DNA of 64,000 bases from Ignisphaera sp. (GCA_038889075.1 JAWAHS010000002.1:236930-300929); one strand, 5' to 3'; positions 21,281 to 31,798 are shown, counted from the first letter of the stretch. Notes: generated by a model not told the origin, from the letters alone. Numbers and translations are program-made.

Positions 21281-21741
21281 GATAGTACACCATAATGTAT
21301 ACCTAGATCATTTAAATTTAAAATCTTTTGTGTGCTATTGCTATAAAAATAGTGCAATTATATAATCGTACCTATTATACTACTGCTTTACATTGATATG
21401 ACTCTATTATTTGATTAATCTAGAACATTTTAGTTGTATTGAAATAGTATCTATCGCCGTCCCTAATTTAAGTAATCTTTAAACTTATACATTTCTTGCA
21501 AGATTAGCATTACCATGTAGATAGATCGTTACCGTGGATAGCAAATTATTAAGGCATCCTACTATGATGTTCAACTGTATAAACCTTTCAAATTAGATAA
21601 CGGTTTTACGTATGGCTACGTAAACTGTTTTAGAGGTAGTGATTGTATGGATTCCACAGCTTTAGTGTAAACATAGATACTCTTATTAGCTATACTGATC
21701 ATAACACGTAGCTGTACATACTAGCTAAATGGTGTAAAGCT

Positions 21742-23019
21742 ATGGGGAAAATTGTCATAGTAGATCCAAGTGTGGCTGGCATCTCAGGAGATATGTTCCT
21801 CTCATCCTTAATTTCATTAGGAGCTGATGAAAGGAGCATTAAAGATCTCGGAGATACAGTATTGAGGTGTATCGATGGAGTATCCCATATAGAGATAGGG
21901 TTTACTGATGTTATTAGAGGTGGAGTAAAGGCTAAGAAACTTGAGGTAAAAATCGAGGAAGAACATACCCATAGGCGTGGTGCTGAACTAATCAGAGCAA
22001 TAGAGTGTATAGCAAAGGGGGTGGAGCTCGGTGAAGAAGCTCTCAGATTTTCTTTCAATACTCTAAAAATGCTTCTAGAGATCGAGGCGTATGTTCACGG
22101 TAGGGATATGAATGAGATTGAGCTTCACGAAATTGGTTCAGTGGATACCATTATAGATATTGTTGGATCGGCTCTGGCACTTCAAAGTCTCAACCTGTTC
22201 AATGCATACACTATTTCAATGCCCGTCGCCCTTGGAGGAGGATATGTAAAGTTCTCCCATGGAGTATATCCAGTACCAGCACCAGCAACCATAGAAATAC
22301 TCAAGAGAGGTAAAGCTATAGTTGTTGGAGGAATGGTGAATGGAGAACTCACAACTCCAACCGGTGCTGCCCTACTCACAAACTTTGTTAAAAAATTCGA
22401 TTACCGATATCCACTGTTTGAATTAGAGGCGATAGGATATGGTGCAGGTGAAAAGAACTTTGATGCTATACCAAATATATTGAGGATCGTCACTGGAAGG
22501 AAGATTGATGAAGTAATAAACTATAGAATTGAAGATATAGTAGTTCTCGAAACCGATATCGATGATACTACAGGTGAAGTTGTAGGCTATACCTTTGAAA
22601 AACTGTTGAATTCTGGCGCAAGGGATGTCTCTATAATTCCTATATACATGAAGAAGAATAGACCAGGGTATACAGTAAGGGTCATAGCTGATATGAAAAA
22701 CTATAAAGAGTTAGCAAGAATTCTAATAGAAGAGACAGGAACTCTTGGAGTTAGGTACAGTGTATATAGCAGGATAGCTGTTCCAGATAGAGAAATAGTT
22801 CCGATAGAGCTGGAGATCAACGGGCACAAAAGGAAGATCATGTTAAAAATTAGCAGAGATGGAAGAGGTAATATAGTAAATGTAAAACCGGAATATGAAA
22901 GCGTGAAAGAAGTTGCACATGAACTTGGAATATCACTAAGAGAAGTTTTAAATATTGTGTATAGAACAATAGATAGAATAACGCAATCAAAATCGCAAGA
23001 CAACAAACTTCAAACATAA
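21742..23019 (+). CDS. larC: Nickel-pincer cofactor nickel insertase LarC (single frame)
   Basis: AGISGDM, HEIGSVDTIIDIVG, PVPAPAT, ELTTPTGAA, ETDIDD, MKKNRPG, KPEYE. Confidence 0.95.
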   Translation: MGKIVIVDPSVAGISGDMFLSSLISLGADERSIKDLGDTVLRCIDGVSHIEIGFTDVIRGGVKAKKLEVKIEEEHTHRRGAELIRAIECIAKGVELGEEALRFSFNTLKMLLEIEAYVHGRDMNEIELHEIGSVDTIIDIVGSALALQSLNLFNAYTISMPVALGGGYVKFSHGVYPVPAPATIEILKRGKAIVVGGMVNGELTTPTGAALLTNFVKKFDYRYPLFELEAIGYGAGEKNFDAIPNILRIVTGRKIDEVINYRIEDIVVLETDIDDTTGEVVGYTFEKLLNSGARDVSIIPIYMKKNRPGYTVRVIADMKNYKELARILIEETGTLGVRYSVYSRIAVPDREIVPIELEINGHKRKIMLKISRDGRGNIVNVKPEYESVKEVAHELGISLREVLNIVYRTIDRITQSKSQDNKLQT

Positions 23020-23111
23020 ATATGGAATAGACTCTATTACTGATAACAGCGAATGTTCCATACCCTTCCATCTCTAAATATGTAACCCTTGGTATCACCT
23101 TAATACGGACT

Positions 23112-23352
23112 GTTTCTCAGTAGATGGCGGTTCATCTATTCATATCAATTTTCAGTCTCTCCACCATTTGCTTCTTAACGGTATCTCTTGAGTGAGCTAC
23201 AAGAGCTCCTTCAGCTCCTGTCACTATGGAGGTTTCACCTACTCCTCATATATTCAAGAGACACTAGCAGATATATGGGTCCTGGGGATTTACTAGACAC
23301 AGAGATCCGCAAGAACTATAAACATATCCCTGGAAAATCAGAGAAGAAAAGC
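23112..23352. repeat. Copy B of dispersed intergenic repeat (decayed gene/mobile-element remnant)
   Basis: 21/23 identity to 26059-26081 and 22/25 identity (23158-23182 vs 26109-26133). Confidence 0.75.
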
Positions 23353-23482
23353 CCAAGTCATATACATTTAAAAATTTACACGTATCTTCTTATATATCGT
23401 TTTTACGAATCTGGATATAGATGTACTGACCTCATCAATAACTAAAAGACTTTTTATGTTATGCAGTTTACAATAATGTGGT

Positions 23483-24586
23483 GTGCTAAATATGCTGTTC
23501 TGTTGCAATAGTTGTGGTACAGTGTACAAATCCGAGGATGTTTTACATGGTTTTAGATGCCGTGTATGTGGTGCTCCCCTTGAGATATGCAATTTTATTG
23601 GAAATTGGCATCCTAGAGGATTTGGATTATCGAGATACCAGTCAATGCTTCCCCTAAAGCTTGTAAAGAGCTTAGGGGAAGGTTCAACACCAATAGTATC
23701 TGCGGAGCTATATGGTGTTAAGGTTTACTTTAAGTTGGAGTATCTAAATCCTAGTGGAAGTTTTAAGGATCGAGGTTCAGCTGTTTCATTATCCCATGCA
23801 TTTTCGGTTAAAGCCTTATGTTCCATTGAGGATTCATCAGGGAATGCAGGTTTTTCAGTAGCACTATATTCAAGGGTATTAGGTATAGAGCCGTATATAG
23901 TAGTGCCATCGAGTATTGCGTATGGAAAGAGGTTAGCTATAGAAGTAGTTGGAGGAAATATTGTAGAGGTTTCCAGTAGAGAGGAAGCATCAGATGTAGC
24001 TAAGAAGATCTCACTAGAGAAAAACTGCTACTATATTGACCATCTTTCAAGCCCACTCTATATTGAGGGGTACAAAACAATATCATATGAAGTATTTGAA
24101 GAGATAGGGGAAGTCGATGCTATAATATCACCCGTAGGGTCTGGTGGACTATTCATAGGTATATATAGAGGCTTTAGTAAACTTTATGAAATGGGGTTAA
24201 TCAAGAAGAAGCCTAGAATGATTGCTGTTCAAGGAGTGGATGTAGCACCCGTATATGAGAGATTATATGGCTTTAAATATCTAGATGGAACTTCTTCATT
24301 AGCAGATGGTATAAGAATAGCATCACCTCCGAGAATAGATGAGGTTGTTAAAATCATTATAGAGAGCAAAGGTACGGTGGTGCTAGTCAATGATAGCGAG
24401 ATCATATCATCTATTAAAGAATTGATAGATATGGGGTTCATAGTAGAGCCGACGTCAGCTACGGCATATGCAGCATTGAAAAAGCTTATAGGAAAATTAA
24501 TGGAGATGGGCGCAGAAACTATAGTTATTCCATTAACTGGTGCAGGCATAAAAATGTTGCAACAACTCAAGCAACTATTAAGGTGA
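23483..24586 (+). CDS. Threonine-synthase-like fold-type II PLP enzyme with N-terminal Zn ribbon
   Basis: CxxC...CxxC, SLGEGSTP, KLEYLNPSGSFKDRG, DSSGNAG, PVGSGG, VEPTSA. Confidence 0.88.
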   Translation: MLNMLFCCNSCGTVYKSEDVLHGFRCRVCGAPLEICNFIGNWHPRGFGLSRYQSMLPLKLVKSLGEGSTPIVSAELYGVKVYFKLEYLNPSGSFKDRGSAVSLSHAFSVKALCSIEDSSGNAGFSVALYSRVLGIEPYIVVPSSIAYGKRLAIEVVGGNIVEVSSREEASDVAKKISLEKNCYYIDHLSSPLYIEGYKTISYEVFEEIGEVDAIISPVGSGGLFIGIYRGFSKLYEMGLIKKKPRMIAVQGVDVAPVYERLYGFKYLDGTSSLADGIRIASPPRIDEVVKIIIESKGTVVLVNDSEIISSIKELIDMGFIVEPTSATAYAALKKLIGKLMEMGAETIVIPLTGAGIKMLQQLKQLLR

Positions 24587-24749
24587 TAATAGAAAAAGTT
24601 GGATGTAGTATTACGGATTTGCCATAAAAATTCGATACTAAGGTGTAGTGGGGAAACTTCAATACCTAGATTACGATACTATTTATAGTTACAGAATGCT
24701 GAGTAATAGATAGGATTAAAAGATATTGAATGTACTGTGCTAGTCGATA

Positions 24750-25934
24750 TTATATTCTATTAAATACTATATATCCATCGATTATTGTCATAACAACTTC
24801 TAGCTCTCTATTTAACACAACTAGGTCGGCTCTATATCCAGGTCTAATTAATCCTATTCTTTCTCTTTCTACGGCACCTATAGATGCTGCAGGGTTTGTG
24901 CTTACCATTCTAAACGCGTCTCCTATGCTATATCCAAGAGAGATAATATTTCTAAATGCTCTATCCATTGTTAGAGTGCTTCCAGCTAGACCACCACCTT
25001 CCGCAAGCTTTGATATTCCATTTTCTACTTTAATTTTTAAGCCACCGAGTTCGTAGATGCCATCAGGCATGCCAGTAGCTGATACAGCATCTGTTATAAG
25101 GATGATTCTATCAACTCCAGCATAATCTATTGTGAACTTTAGCATTTCTCTTGACACATGGATTAGATCAGCTATTAGCTCTATGTATACAGTCGGGGTA
25201 GAGAGTAGGGCTATGACAACGCCTGGTTCTCTGTGGTGTACCTCTCTCATACCATTATATAGATGTGTAGCCTTTGAAGCACCAGCTAAAATAGCTTGAA
25301 CAGTTTCTCTATATGTTGCATCTGTATGGCCTATCTGAACAGCTATATCCATTTTGGAGACCATTTGTATAAAATCGATGGCCCCTTCAATTTCGGGAGC
25401 GATGGTTACTTCTCTTATGAGACCTCTGCATATACTATAGTATTCTTTGAATTCCTCTATACATGGGCTCCTTATGAACTGCTTATTTTGGGCACCGGCA
25501 CGCTTACTACTTATATATGGACCCTCCAGATGGAGTCCTAGAAGTCTAGAGCCAACTAAGGGCGTCCATTGACTATAGGCTTCTACAAATGCTTTGCAGA
25601 CCTCGATGATAGTGTTATGCGGAGCGGTTACAGTTGTTGGTATAAAGCTCGTTACACCATATCTTGAAAGGGCTCTGGACATGGATAGAAAAGAGCTTGG
25701 CCTAGCATCCATAACATCCACTCCTAGAATACCATGTATATGGGTATCTATAAAACCAGGACCAACTACATAATTATGTAAATCAATTGCTTTCATATCC
25801 GTGGAAGCACAGGGCTCCATGTCAACTTCAGAGATGTATCCATCTTCAATGTATATACAGCCCCTATCAATCGTAAAATACGGTGTGTATATGGTGACAT
25901 TTCTTAAAACATATCTATTCAATGCTTTCACCAA
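24750..25934 (-). CDS. nagA: N-acetylglucosamine-6-phosphate deacetylase
   Basis: PGFIDTHIHG, HLEGPY, GHT, THLYNGM, ITDA, LAGSTLTMD. Confidence 0.93.
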   Translation of the reverse strand: MVKALNRYVLRNVTIYTPYFTIDRGCIYIEDGYISEVDMEPCASTDMKAIDLHNYVVGPGFIDTHIHGILGVDVMDARPSSFLSMSRALSRYGVTSFIPTTVTAPHNTIIEVCKAFVEAYSQWTPLVGSRLLGLHLEGPYISSKRAGAQNKQFIRSPCIEEFKEYYSICRGLIREVTIAPEIEGAIDFIQMVSKMDIAVQIGHTDATYRETVQAILAGASKATHLYNGMREVHHREPGVVIALLSTPTVYIELIADLIHVSREMLKFTIDYAGVDRIILITDAVSATGMPDGIYELGGLKIKVENGISKLAEGGGLAGSTLTMDRAFRNIISLGYSIGDAFRMVSTNPAASIGAVERERIGLIRPGYRADLVVLNRELEVVMTIIDGYIVFNRI

Positions 25935-26058
25935 AACACTGTGCTACCTAGTTGTCTCTCTTCATATTATACCATGTTAAGAAACGGAATATAAATTTCC
26001 AATGAAATATCAGCATCCTATGGTAACGTATATTAAAGTTATGCAGAGAAAGCAGATC

Positions 26059-26350
26059 GTTTCTAGGTAGATGGCGGTTCACAGATTTTCATTTTCTGAT
26101 ATCCAGCTTCTCCACCATCTGCTTCTCAATGGTTCTTCTCTTCTCCAATCTATTCTGTAGAAGCTTCTCAGACTCTCTTACTAGAGGCTTTATACAATTC
26201 CACTTGGCTAAGCCAGGTACAGAGTGATTCATTTCGCTAAGCTCATTAAGCCTATCCCTTTCCCCTAATACTGGTAAAATCTTATAGAACTTTCACTAGA
26301 AATCTGTAAAGACCGTGAACAGCTCTTCTAAAATTAGAAAGAAAACAGCT
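26059..26350. repeat. Copy C of dispersed intergenic repeat
   Basis: Shares blocks with 23112-23352; the minus strand reads ...RTIEKQMVEKLDIRK* vs ...DTVKKQMVERLKIDMNR* in copy B. Confidence 0.75.
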
Positions 26351-26434
26351 ATTGACAGAATTGAAATAGCTATGTAGAGAGATAATTATCGCTATTCTAA
26401 TTCTTCATTTAAATTTATTTTCAGGGTATAGTTT

Positions 26435-27661
26435 TTGGAGTTGTTAGCGATAAAAATGGTAGCTACATTAATACTGTTTTTAATCTCAATTGCAATTGCA
26501 TTTATACTTATCGTTAGGAAGTTCAATATAGCATTAGCATTGGGATTAGCGTTGCTTATCTATTCTCTGCCTCTCCTTGGATCAGATACTGTGAAGGTTT
26601 TTGTGGAAACTTTTACTAGAACTCTTTTAGAGACAATAGCGTCCCTTGTGCTAGCTATGTTTCTAGCCGATCTATATAGATCAACATATATAGCAGATAG
26701 TGTTGTAAAATCTTTAGAGATGCTGAGCCCAAGAGTTGCAGCAATCTCCATACCAGCAATAATTGGGCTTCTTCCAATGCCAGCAGGAGCATACATTTCA
26801 GCAACTATAATAAATCCCCTGTATACGGAGTGTAGGTTAACCTCGCAAGAGAAAACATTCTTAAACTACTGGTTTAGACATATATGGGTTACTATATGGC
26901 CTCTATACCAATCAATAATACTAGCCTCAGCTATACTTAATATGAGCTTTGATGCAATTATACTCCACAACTGGCCGATATTCATAGCCTCTATATTTAG
27001 CGGTATTATTGTATCGAGGACAATCATATACAGGATTAACAGTAATTGCATAGGATGTAGAGACAGGGATTTTAAGGGTTTAGTGCATCTGTGGCCATTT
27101 ATGGCTATAGTTATAATGTCAATGGTGCTAAAACTGTCGCTACCACTAACCCTAGCCATAATAATCATGATGCTTATAGCTGTCTACAGACCATCGATGG
27201 ACATGATTAAAAGTAGTTTTAGATACTCTCTAGATCCAACGATAATAACCCTTATAATTGAGTCAATGATTTTTAGTAGAACAATAGTGGAGACGGGGTT
27301 GGCACATCAGCTAGCAGTATATCTAGCACCATACGCAGATATAGCCGTATTTATGATACCATTTATAATGGTTACTGCAACAGGATTTGAATTCACATTT
27401 GTAACCATTGCATTTCCAGCAGTATTACCTCTACTTACGGACTATAGAATAACACTAGCGTTCCTGGGAGGTTATATGGGTGCCATGCTTTCACCTGCAC
27501 ATGCATGCTTTGTACTTACAGCAAAATTCTTTAGATCAGATCTGGGGAGTGTGTATAGGCGATACCTCATTTTAGCAGCAGGTCTGACTATAGCAATAGT
27601 TATTGCTATAGTTGCTATTATAAACAGTACGATATTTTATTTGCAGAAACTAGAAGTATAG
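26435..27661 (+). CDS. DUF401-type membrane protein (ion-transporter superfamily)
   Basis: PAIIGLLPMPAGA, NYWFRHIW...WPLY, MLSPAHACF. Confidence 0.85.
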   Translation: MELLAIKMVATLILFLISIAIAFILIVRKFNIALALGLALLIYSLPLLGSDTVKVFVETFTRTLLETIASLVLAMFLADLYRSTYIADSVVKSLEMLSPRVAAISIPAIIGLLPMPAGAYISATIINPLYTECRLTSQEKTFLNYWFRHIWVTIWPLYQSIILASAILNMSFDAIILHNWPIFIASIFSGIIVSRTIIYRINSNCIGCRDRDFKGLVHLWPFMAIVIMSMVLKLSLPLTLAIIIMMLIAVYRPSMDMIKSSFRYSLDPTIITLIIESMIFSRTIVETGLAHQLAVYLAPYADIAVFMIPFIMVTATGFEFTFVTIAFPAVLPLLTDYRITLAFLGGYMGAMLSPAHACFVLTAKFFRSDLGSVYRRYLILAAGLTIAIVIAIVAIINSTIFYLQKLEV

Positions 27662-27717
27662 GAAGACGTTCTTTAGGTAGATCAGTGATATAGATATGAA
27701 AAAGTGTAGATTGGTTA

Positions 27718-28368
27718 CTATATTTGGATCGCTCCTGAAGATATTTTGCTCTCTATACTTCTAGTTTCTACAAATGTTAGTATCCAAGCAATGAACTGTG
27801 TTATTCCTATAAATATGCCTATTATCAATAGTATTGCAGCTACCAGAAATATCGTTGAGTTGAATACATCTTTAAGCTTGAAGAAGTATATTATGTTCCC
27901 TATATAGCCTATTAGGAAGAGTATCCCACCTATAACAGCGATTGCTAAGCCACCGAATGCAATACCAAGGTTTAGCGAAACTGCACCGGCAATTATAGCT
28001 AATAGCGCTAAAATAAGTATAGCGACTCCCCAGATATAACCTATTCTTAGAAGCTTTGATGCAGTTGAAAATTCCGTAGGTCTCCATGTAGCAAACTGCT
28101 TTGCGGATGGAAGTAGAAATACATACACACCTACAACAATTAGTACTAGTCCGATTAAGATCGCTACAAGAACCCCTGCTCCCATGGTAAGCATGGCTAC
28201 TATGTTAAATGTGAATAGGGTAGTCAGTAGTGAAAGGGATGAAGCTACAGTAATTAGAGTAGCGATCACCAGTAGTAGTGAGGCAATCCTTAGCTTGCTT
28301 AGAGCACTTAGTACTTCCTCCCTCTGTTTTAGAGTAGGTACTGCTTCCGTCACAGTACCTTTCCCCAA
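27718..28368 (-). CDS. Membrane protein (DUF973/DUF996-like)
   Basis: Multiple TM segments; F.VAAILLII...FIAWIL C-terminal pattern. Confidence 0.65.
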   Translation of the reverse strand: MGKGTVTEAVPTLKQREEVLSALSKLRIASLLLVIATLITVASSLSLLTTLFTFNIVAMLTMGAGVLVAILIGLVLIVVGVYVFLLPSAKQFATWRPTEFSTASKLLRIGYIWGVAILILALLAIIAGAVSLNLGIAFGGLAIAVIGGILFLIGYIGNIIYFFKLKDVFNSTIFLVAAILLIIGIFIGITQFIAWILTFVETRSIESKISSGAIQI

Positions 28369-28491
28369 ATTTTAGATTCGCATCCCCTATTTATAATTCT
28401 TTCTCTCAGTATATCACTTCAGAGCTTCTATATGGAGGAGCATATATATTTAAAATCGATGATCATTGTACAGGATGCTGAGTACTATTGA

Positions 28492-29706
28492 ATGGTGAAG
28501 GTCGGATCTGCAATGCTGAGTCATAGGACATACGTAGGTGTAATGGTAGCTATGCTTATTGCTACTACAGTAGGTTCGCTCTCTGTATTTGTTATAGGAA
28601 CAGTTGCAAGGCCTATTATGGATGATCTAGAGTTGGGCTACGGCACCATGGGTGTGGTAATATCTATGCAGAGAGTAGCATCAACATTGACAGCACCTTT
28701 CATAGGATATGCAATAGATCGGATAGGACCCTTCAAAGTGCTTACTATAGCTATGGTTTTTTCAACTTTTTCACTGTTTCTAACACCATTATCTAGCAAA
28801 TTGTGGATGCTTTTATTAACAAGGATAATAGCTGGACTAGTCTTTCCTGCATACTGGCCCTCGTGCACAAAGATAGCGGCAGTCTCTATACCGAAAAATA
28901 GAATAGGATTTGCTACAGCAGTGTTTGAATCGGGTTCCGTTATTGGTGTTGTACTGACGTATATACTGATACCATATGCAAGATCGTGGAGGTTTCTATT
29001 CATTATAGTAGCCGTGATAGCTCTACTTTCACTCATTATGGTATCACTGCTACTGCCGAGAAATCCAAAGGTTGAGTATAGGTATTTAGAGAGGAACCGA
29101 GGCAGCGTGGTTAAGGATATAGGATACAGTAAACTATTTAGAAACACTATTATAATATTCTTTGCATTTCTGTTTGCCCTTCAGCCTTGGGCTTTCTATA
29201 CGTCATGGCTTTCAACCTTCTTGGTAGAGAAATTTGTAGTCGAATTAGAGGATATCTGGATTCCCATATCGATATTCCTAGTGATTGGAATGGCATTTGG
29301 TATACTATCGTCAATCCTATCTGATAAAATACATAGTTTAAAGGGAAGAAAGACTATTCTTGTCCTTACCTTGGTAGCCACATCCATAGCATTATTCATG
29401 CTTACAGTAGTAGAGCCTGGTATATACACATGGATTTTCTTAGCAGTATCGATCATTTCACATAGAACATTTCTACCACTTGCATGGACAATAATAAACG
29501 ATACAACACCAGATAAATTTGTAGGATTAGTAAGTGGTGTAAATGCTCTAGCAGGACAGATATCCATGATGATAACGCCGATTATAATAGCGTATACTAG
29601 AGAGAGCCTAGGAACATTTAACATCTCCATATTAGTGCTATCAATATTTACAGCGACATCCATACCTCTATATCTACAGCTAAAACGCATTGAGACAACA
29701 CAATAG
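28492..29706 (+). CDS. MFS transporter
   Basis: GYAIDRIGPF motif A, RIIAG, SWRFLF, LSDKI. Confidence 0.9.
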   Translation: MVKVGSAMLSHRTYVGVMVAMLIATTVGSLSVFVIGTVARPIMDDLELGYGTMGVVISMQRVASTLTAPFIGYAIDRIGPFKVLTIAMVFSTFSLFLTPLSSKLWMLLLTRIIAGLVFPAYWPSCTKIAAVSIPKNRIGFATAVFESGSVIGVVLTYILIPYARSWRFLFIIVAVIALLSLIMVSLLLPRNPKVEYRYLERNRGSVVKDIGYSKLFRNTIIIFFAFLFALQPWAFYTSWLSTFLVEKFVVELEDIWIPISIFLVIGMAFGILSSILSDKIHSLKGRKTILVLTLVATSIALFMLTVVEPGIYTWIFLAVSIISHRTFLPLAWTIINDTTPDKFVGLVSGVNALAGQISMMITPIIIAYTRESLGTFNISILVLSIFTATSIPLYLQLKRIETTQ

Positions 29707-29779
29707 CTGTTTAAAACAATAAGTTTTTAAATACTGTCATAATATCTCCTAACTATTTTAAAGATGAGGTGTTACCAAT

Positions 29780-31798
29780 ATGGTAAATACGAAAATAGTA
29801 GCGATAGCCATAGCTATAATAGCTATACTAGGCATAGTGTACTACACGTTAGCTGGATTCCAAAAACCATCTCCACAAACACCTACACCCTATCCATCGC
29901 AATCACAAACTCCTACACATTCGCCTACTCCTAGCCCAACACCTACAACCCAAGTACCTGGAATTCCACAGGCAAGCAAATACATAGTTATAGCATACAG
30001 AGATCCGCAACCTATCGATAGAGAACAGCTAGTTCCCTATTCTAACATAAATCCTGGATTCCTTAGAGATCCCGTAATGGATGTCCTCATTAAGGCAGGA
30101 AGGATAACCACTGATGCAGAAATTAGGAGGATCATATACAATGCTATTCAAAAACTTTCAAATGATAGACTATCACTTATATGGCTCGCACAGGCAAGGG
30201 AGGTTAGAGTATACTGGAATTGGATAAAGAATATATACTTCCATCCAACTTTTGTATATCGGGTTGATGACCTGTATAAAGAATCCTATGCACCGAATCC
30301 AAATAAGCTTGTTATTGGAGAATCTGAGGAGGGACACAGCTTAGATCCTGCGGTTACCTACTGGGGCTTTGACTGGTTTATAATACATCAGATATATGAG
30401 AGGCTGGTAGCGTATGAAAGAGATAATGTAGAGTACGTCTCACCTAGTTTAGCAGTTGCCTGGGCACATAATGAAGAGAGTGATGAGTGGTACTTTGTGA
30501 TAAGAGGAGATGTAGTATTCTATGATCCATGGGAAAATAGAACCATACCACTTACACCAAATGATGTGGTCTATTCATTTAGACGTGTTGCTACAATGCA
30601 TCTGGATCCATCGTGGCTCATAGAAGAGTTCATAAATGTGAATGAGACTACGGTTTTAAGTGAGGAAGAGTTTAGAACTATTCTAGCAAATGGCTTATAT
30701 ACTGAATTCAAGGGAGCAAGCAAAAAAGTTTCTTCATTAGAAGAGCTACTCTCATTCTTTGGATATAGTGGTAATGTAGCTGGATTTGTAAAGGTAAAGC
30801 TGAACTTTCCATATGCACCAATTCTATCTGTGCTAGCGACTATACCGGCAAGCATTGTTAGTACGGAAGTTGTTGAAGCTCACGGAGGCGTTAGACCAGG
30901 TGAGGAAAATCCGTATCTATATGACCATCCAGTTGGTACAGGACCCTACTACTTGGTTGAATGGGCACATAGGCAGTACTATAGGCTGAAAGCCAACCCA
31001 TATTACTGGAAGGGTAGGCCGGCTATAGAGGAAATTGAGCTAAGACTTGTACCCGAAGATTCAACAAGAATTATGATGCTGAAGAAGGGTGATATAGATA
31101 TCGCACTAGTACCGCCATCGCTTGTAGATCAGGTTAGAGATGTTACGCTAGATAGTAGCAAACTTATAGTCGATGTTGCACCATCATTTTGGATTTACCA
31201 TGCTACTCTTAACTGTGAGAGGCATCCATTCAATAATACACTATTTAGAAAGGCGCTGGCATGGGCAATACCATATGATATAATAATATCGACAGCATTT
31301 AATGGTCTTGCGGATCAGGCTTATGGAGTTATACCTCGTGGAATGTTTGGCTTCCAAGACGATGAAGTAACTAGATACACATACAATGAAGATGTAGCTA
31401 GAAAATTGTTAAAGGAGTCCGGTATTGATCCAAAGTCTGTTAGCATAACAATCATAGTTCCACAGGGGTATAGTGAGCAGGAGCAGATTGCTACGATACT
31501 ACAATCATCCTGGAGTAAGGCACTAGGCATTGATGTAAAGGTCCAAGTACTATCAAGGCCTGTATTTAATGAGAAGCTTATGAGTGGCGATTTTGATGTT
31601 CAAGTACTTGCATGGGGACCCGACTACGTGGATCCTGATGACTATGCAGGACCTTTGCAAGCAGGAGGATATACATTTGCAGATGTAACACTACATGTTA
31701 TAACATCGGCCAGCGACATCTCTAAGTACGTAGATACTAGTGACATTACTGTGGTTACCTATAGGGATATAGCCATAGTTATTAGTAAGGCAAAGTAG
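29780..31798 (+). CDS. dppA: Peptide/nickel ABC substrate-binding protein (family 5), apparently circularly permuted
   Basis: N-terminal anchor plus P/T/S linker, SLDPA, DVVYSF, PVGTGPY, NPYYW, RKALAWAI, WGPDYVDP. Confidence 0.9.
   Translation: MVNTKIVAIAIAIIAILGIVYYTLAGFQKPSPQTPTPYPSQSQTPTHSPTPSPTPTTQVPGIPQASKYIVIAYRDPQPIDREQLVPYSNINPGFLRDPVMDVLIKAGRITTDAEIRRIIYNAIQKLSNDRLSLIWLAQAREVRVYWNWIKNIYFHPTFVYRVDDLYKESYAPNPNKLVIGESEEGHSLDPAVTYWGFDWFIIHQIYERLVAYERDNVEYVSPSLAVAWAHNEESDEWYFVIRGDVVFYDPWENRTIPLTPNDVVYSFRRVATMHLDPSWLIEEFINVNETTVLSEEEFRTILANGLYTEFKGASKKVSSLEELLSFFGYSGNVAGFVKVKLNFPYAPILSVLATIPASIVSTEVVEAHGGVRPGEENPYLYDHPVGTGPYYLVEWAHRQYYRLKANPYYWKGRPAIEEIELRLVPEDSTRIMMLKKGDIDIALVPPSLVDQVRDVTLDSSKLIVDVAPSFWIYHATLNCERHPFNNTLFRKALAWAIPYDIIISTAFNGLADQAYGVIPRGMFGFQDDEVTRYTYNEDVARKLLKESGIDPKSVSITIIVPQGYSEQEQIATILQSSWSKALGIDVKVQVLSRPVFNEKLMSGDFDVQVLAWGPDYVDPDDYAGPLQAGGYTFADVTLHVITSASDISKYVDTSDITVVTYRDIAIVISKAK

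Noticed and set aside
29865-29960. Repetitive CCN/ACN-rich DNA
   Set aside because: Encodes the ordinary Pro/Thr/Ser linker of the substrate-binding protein
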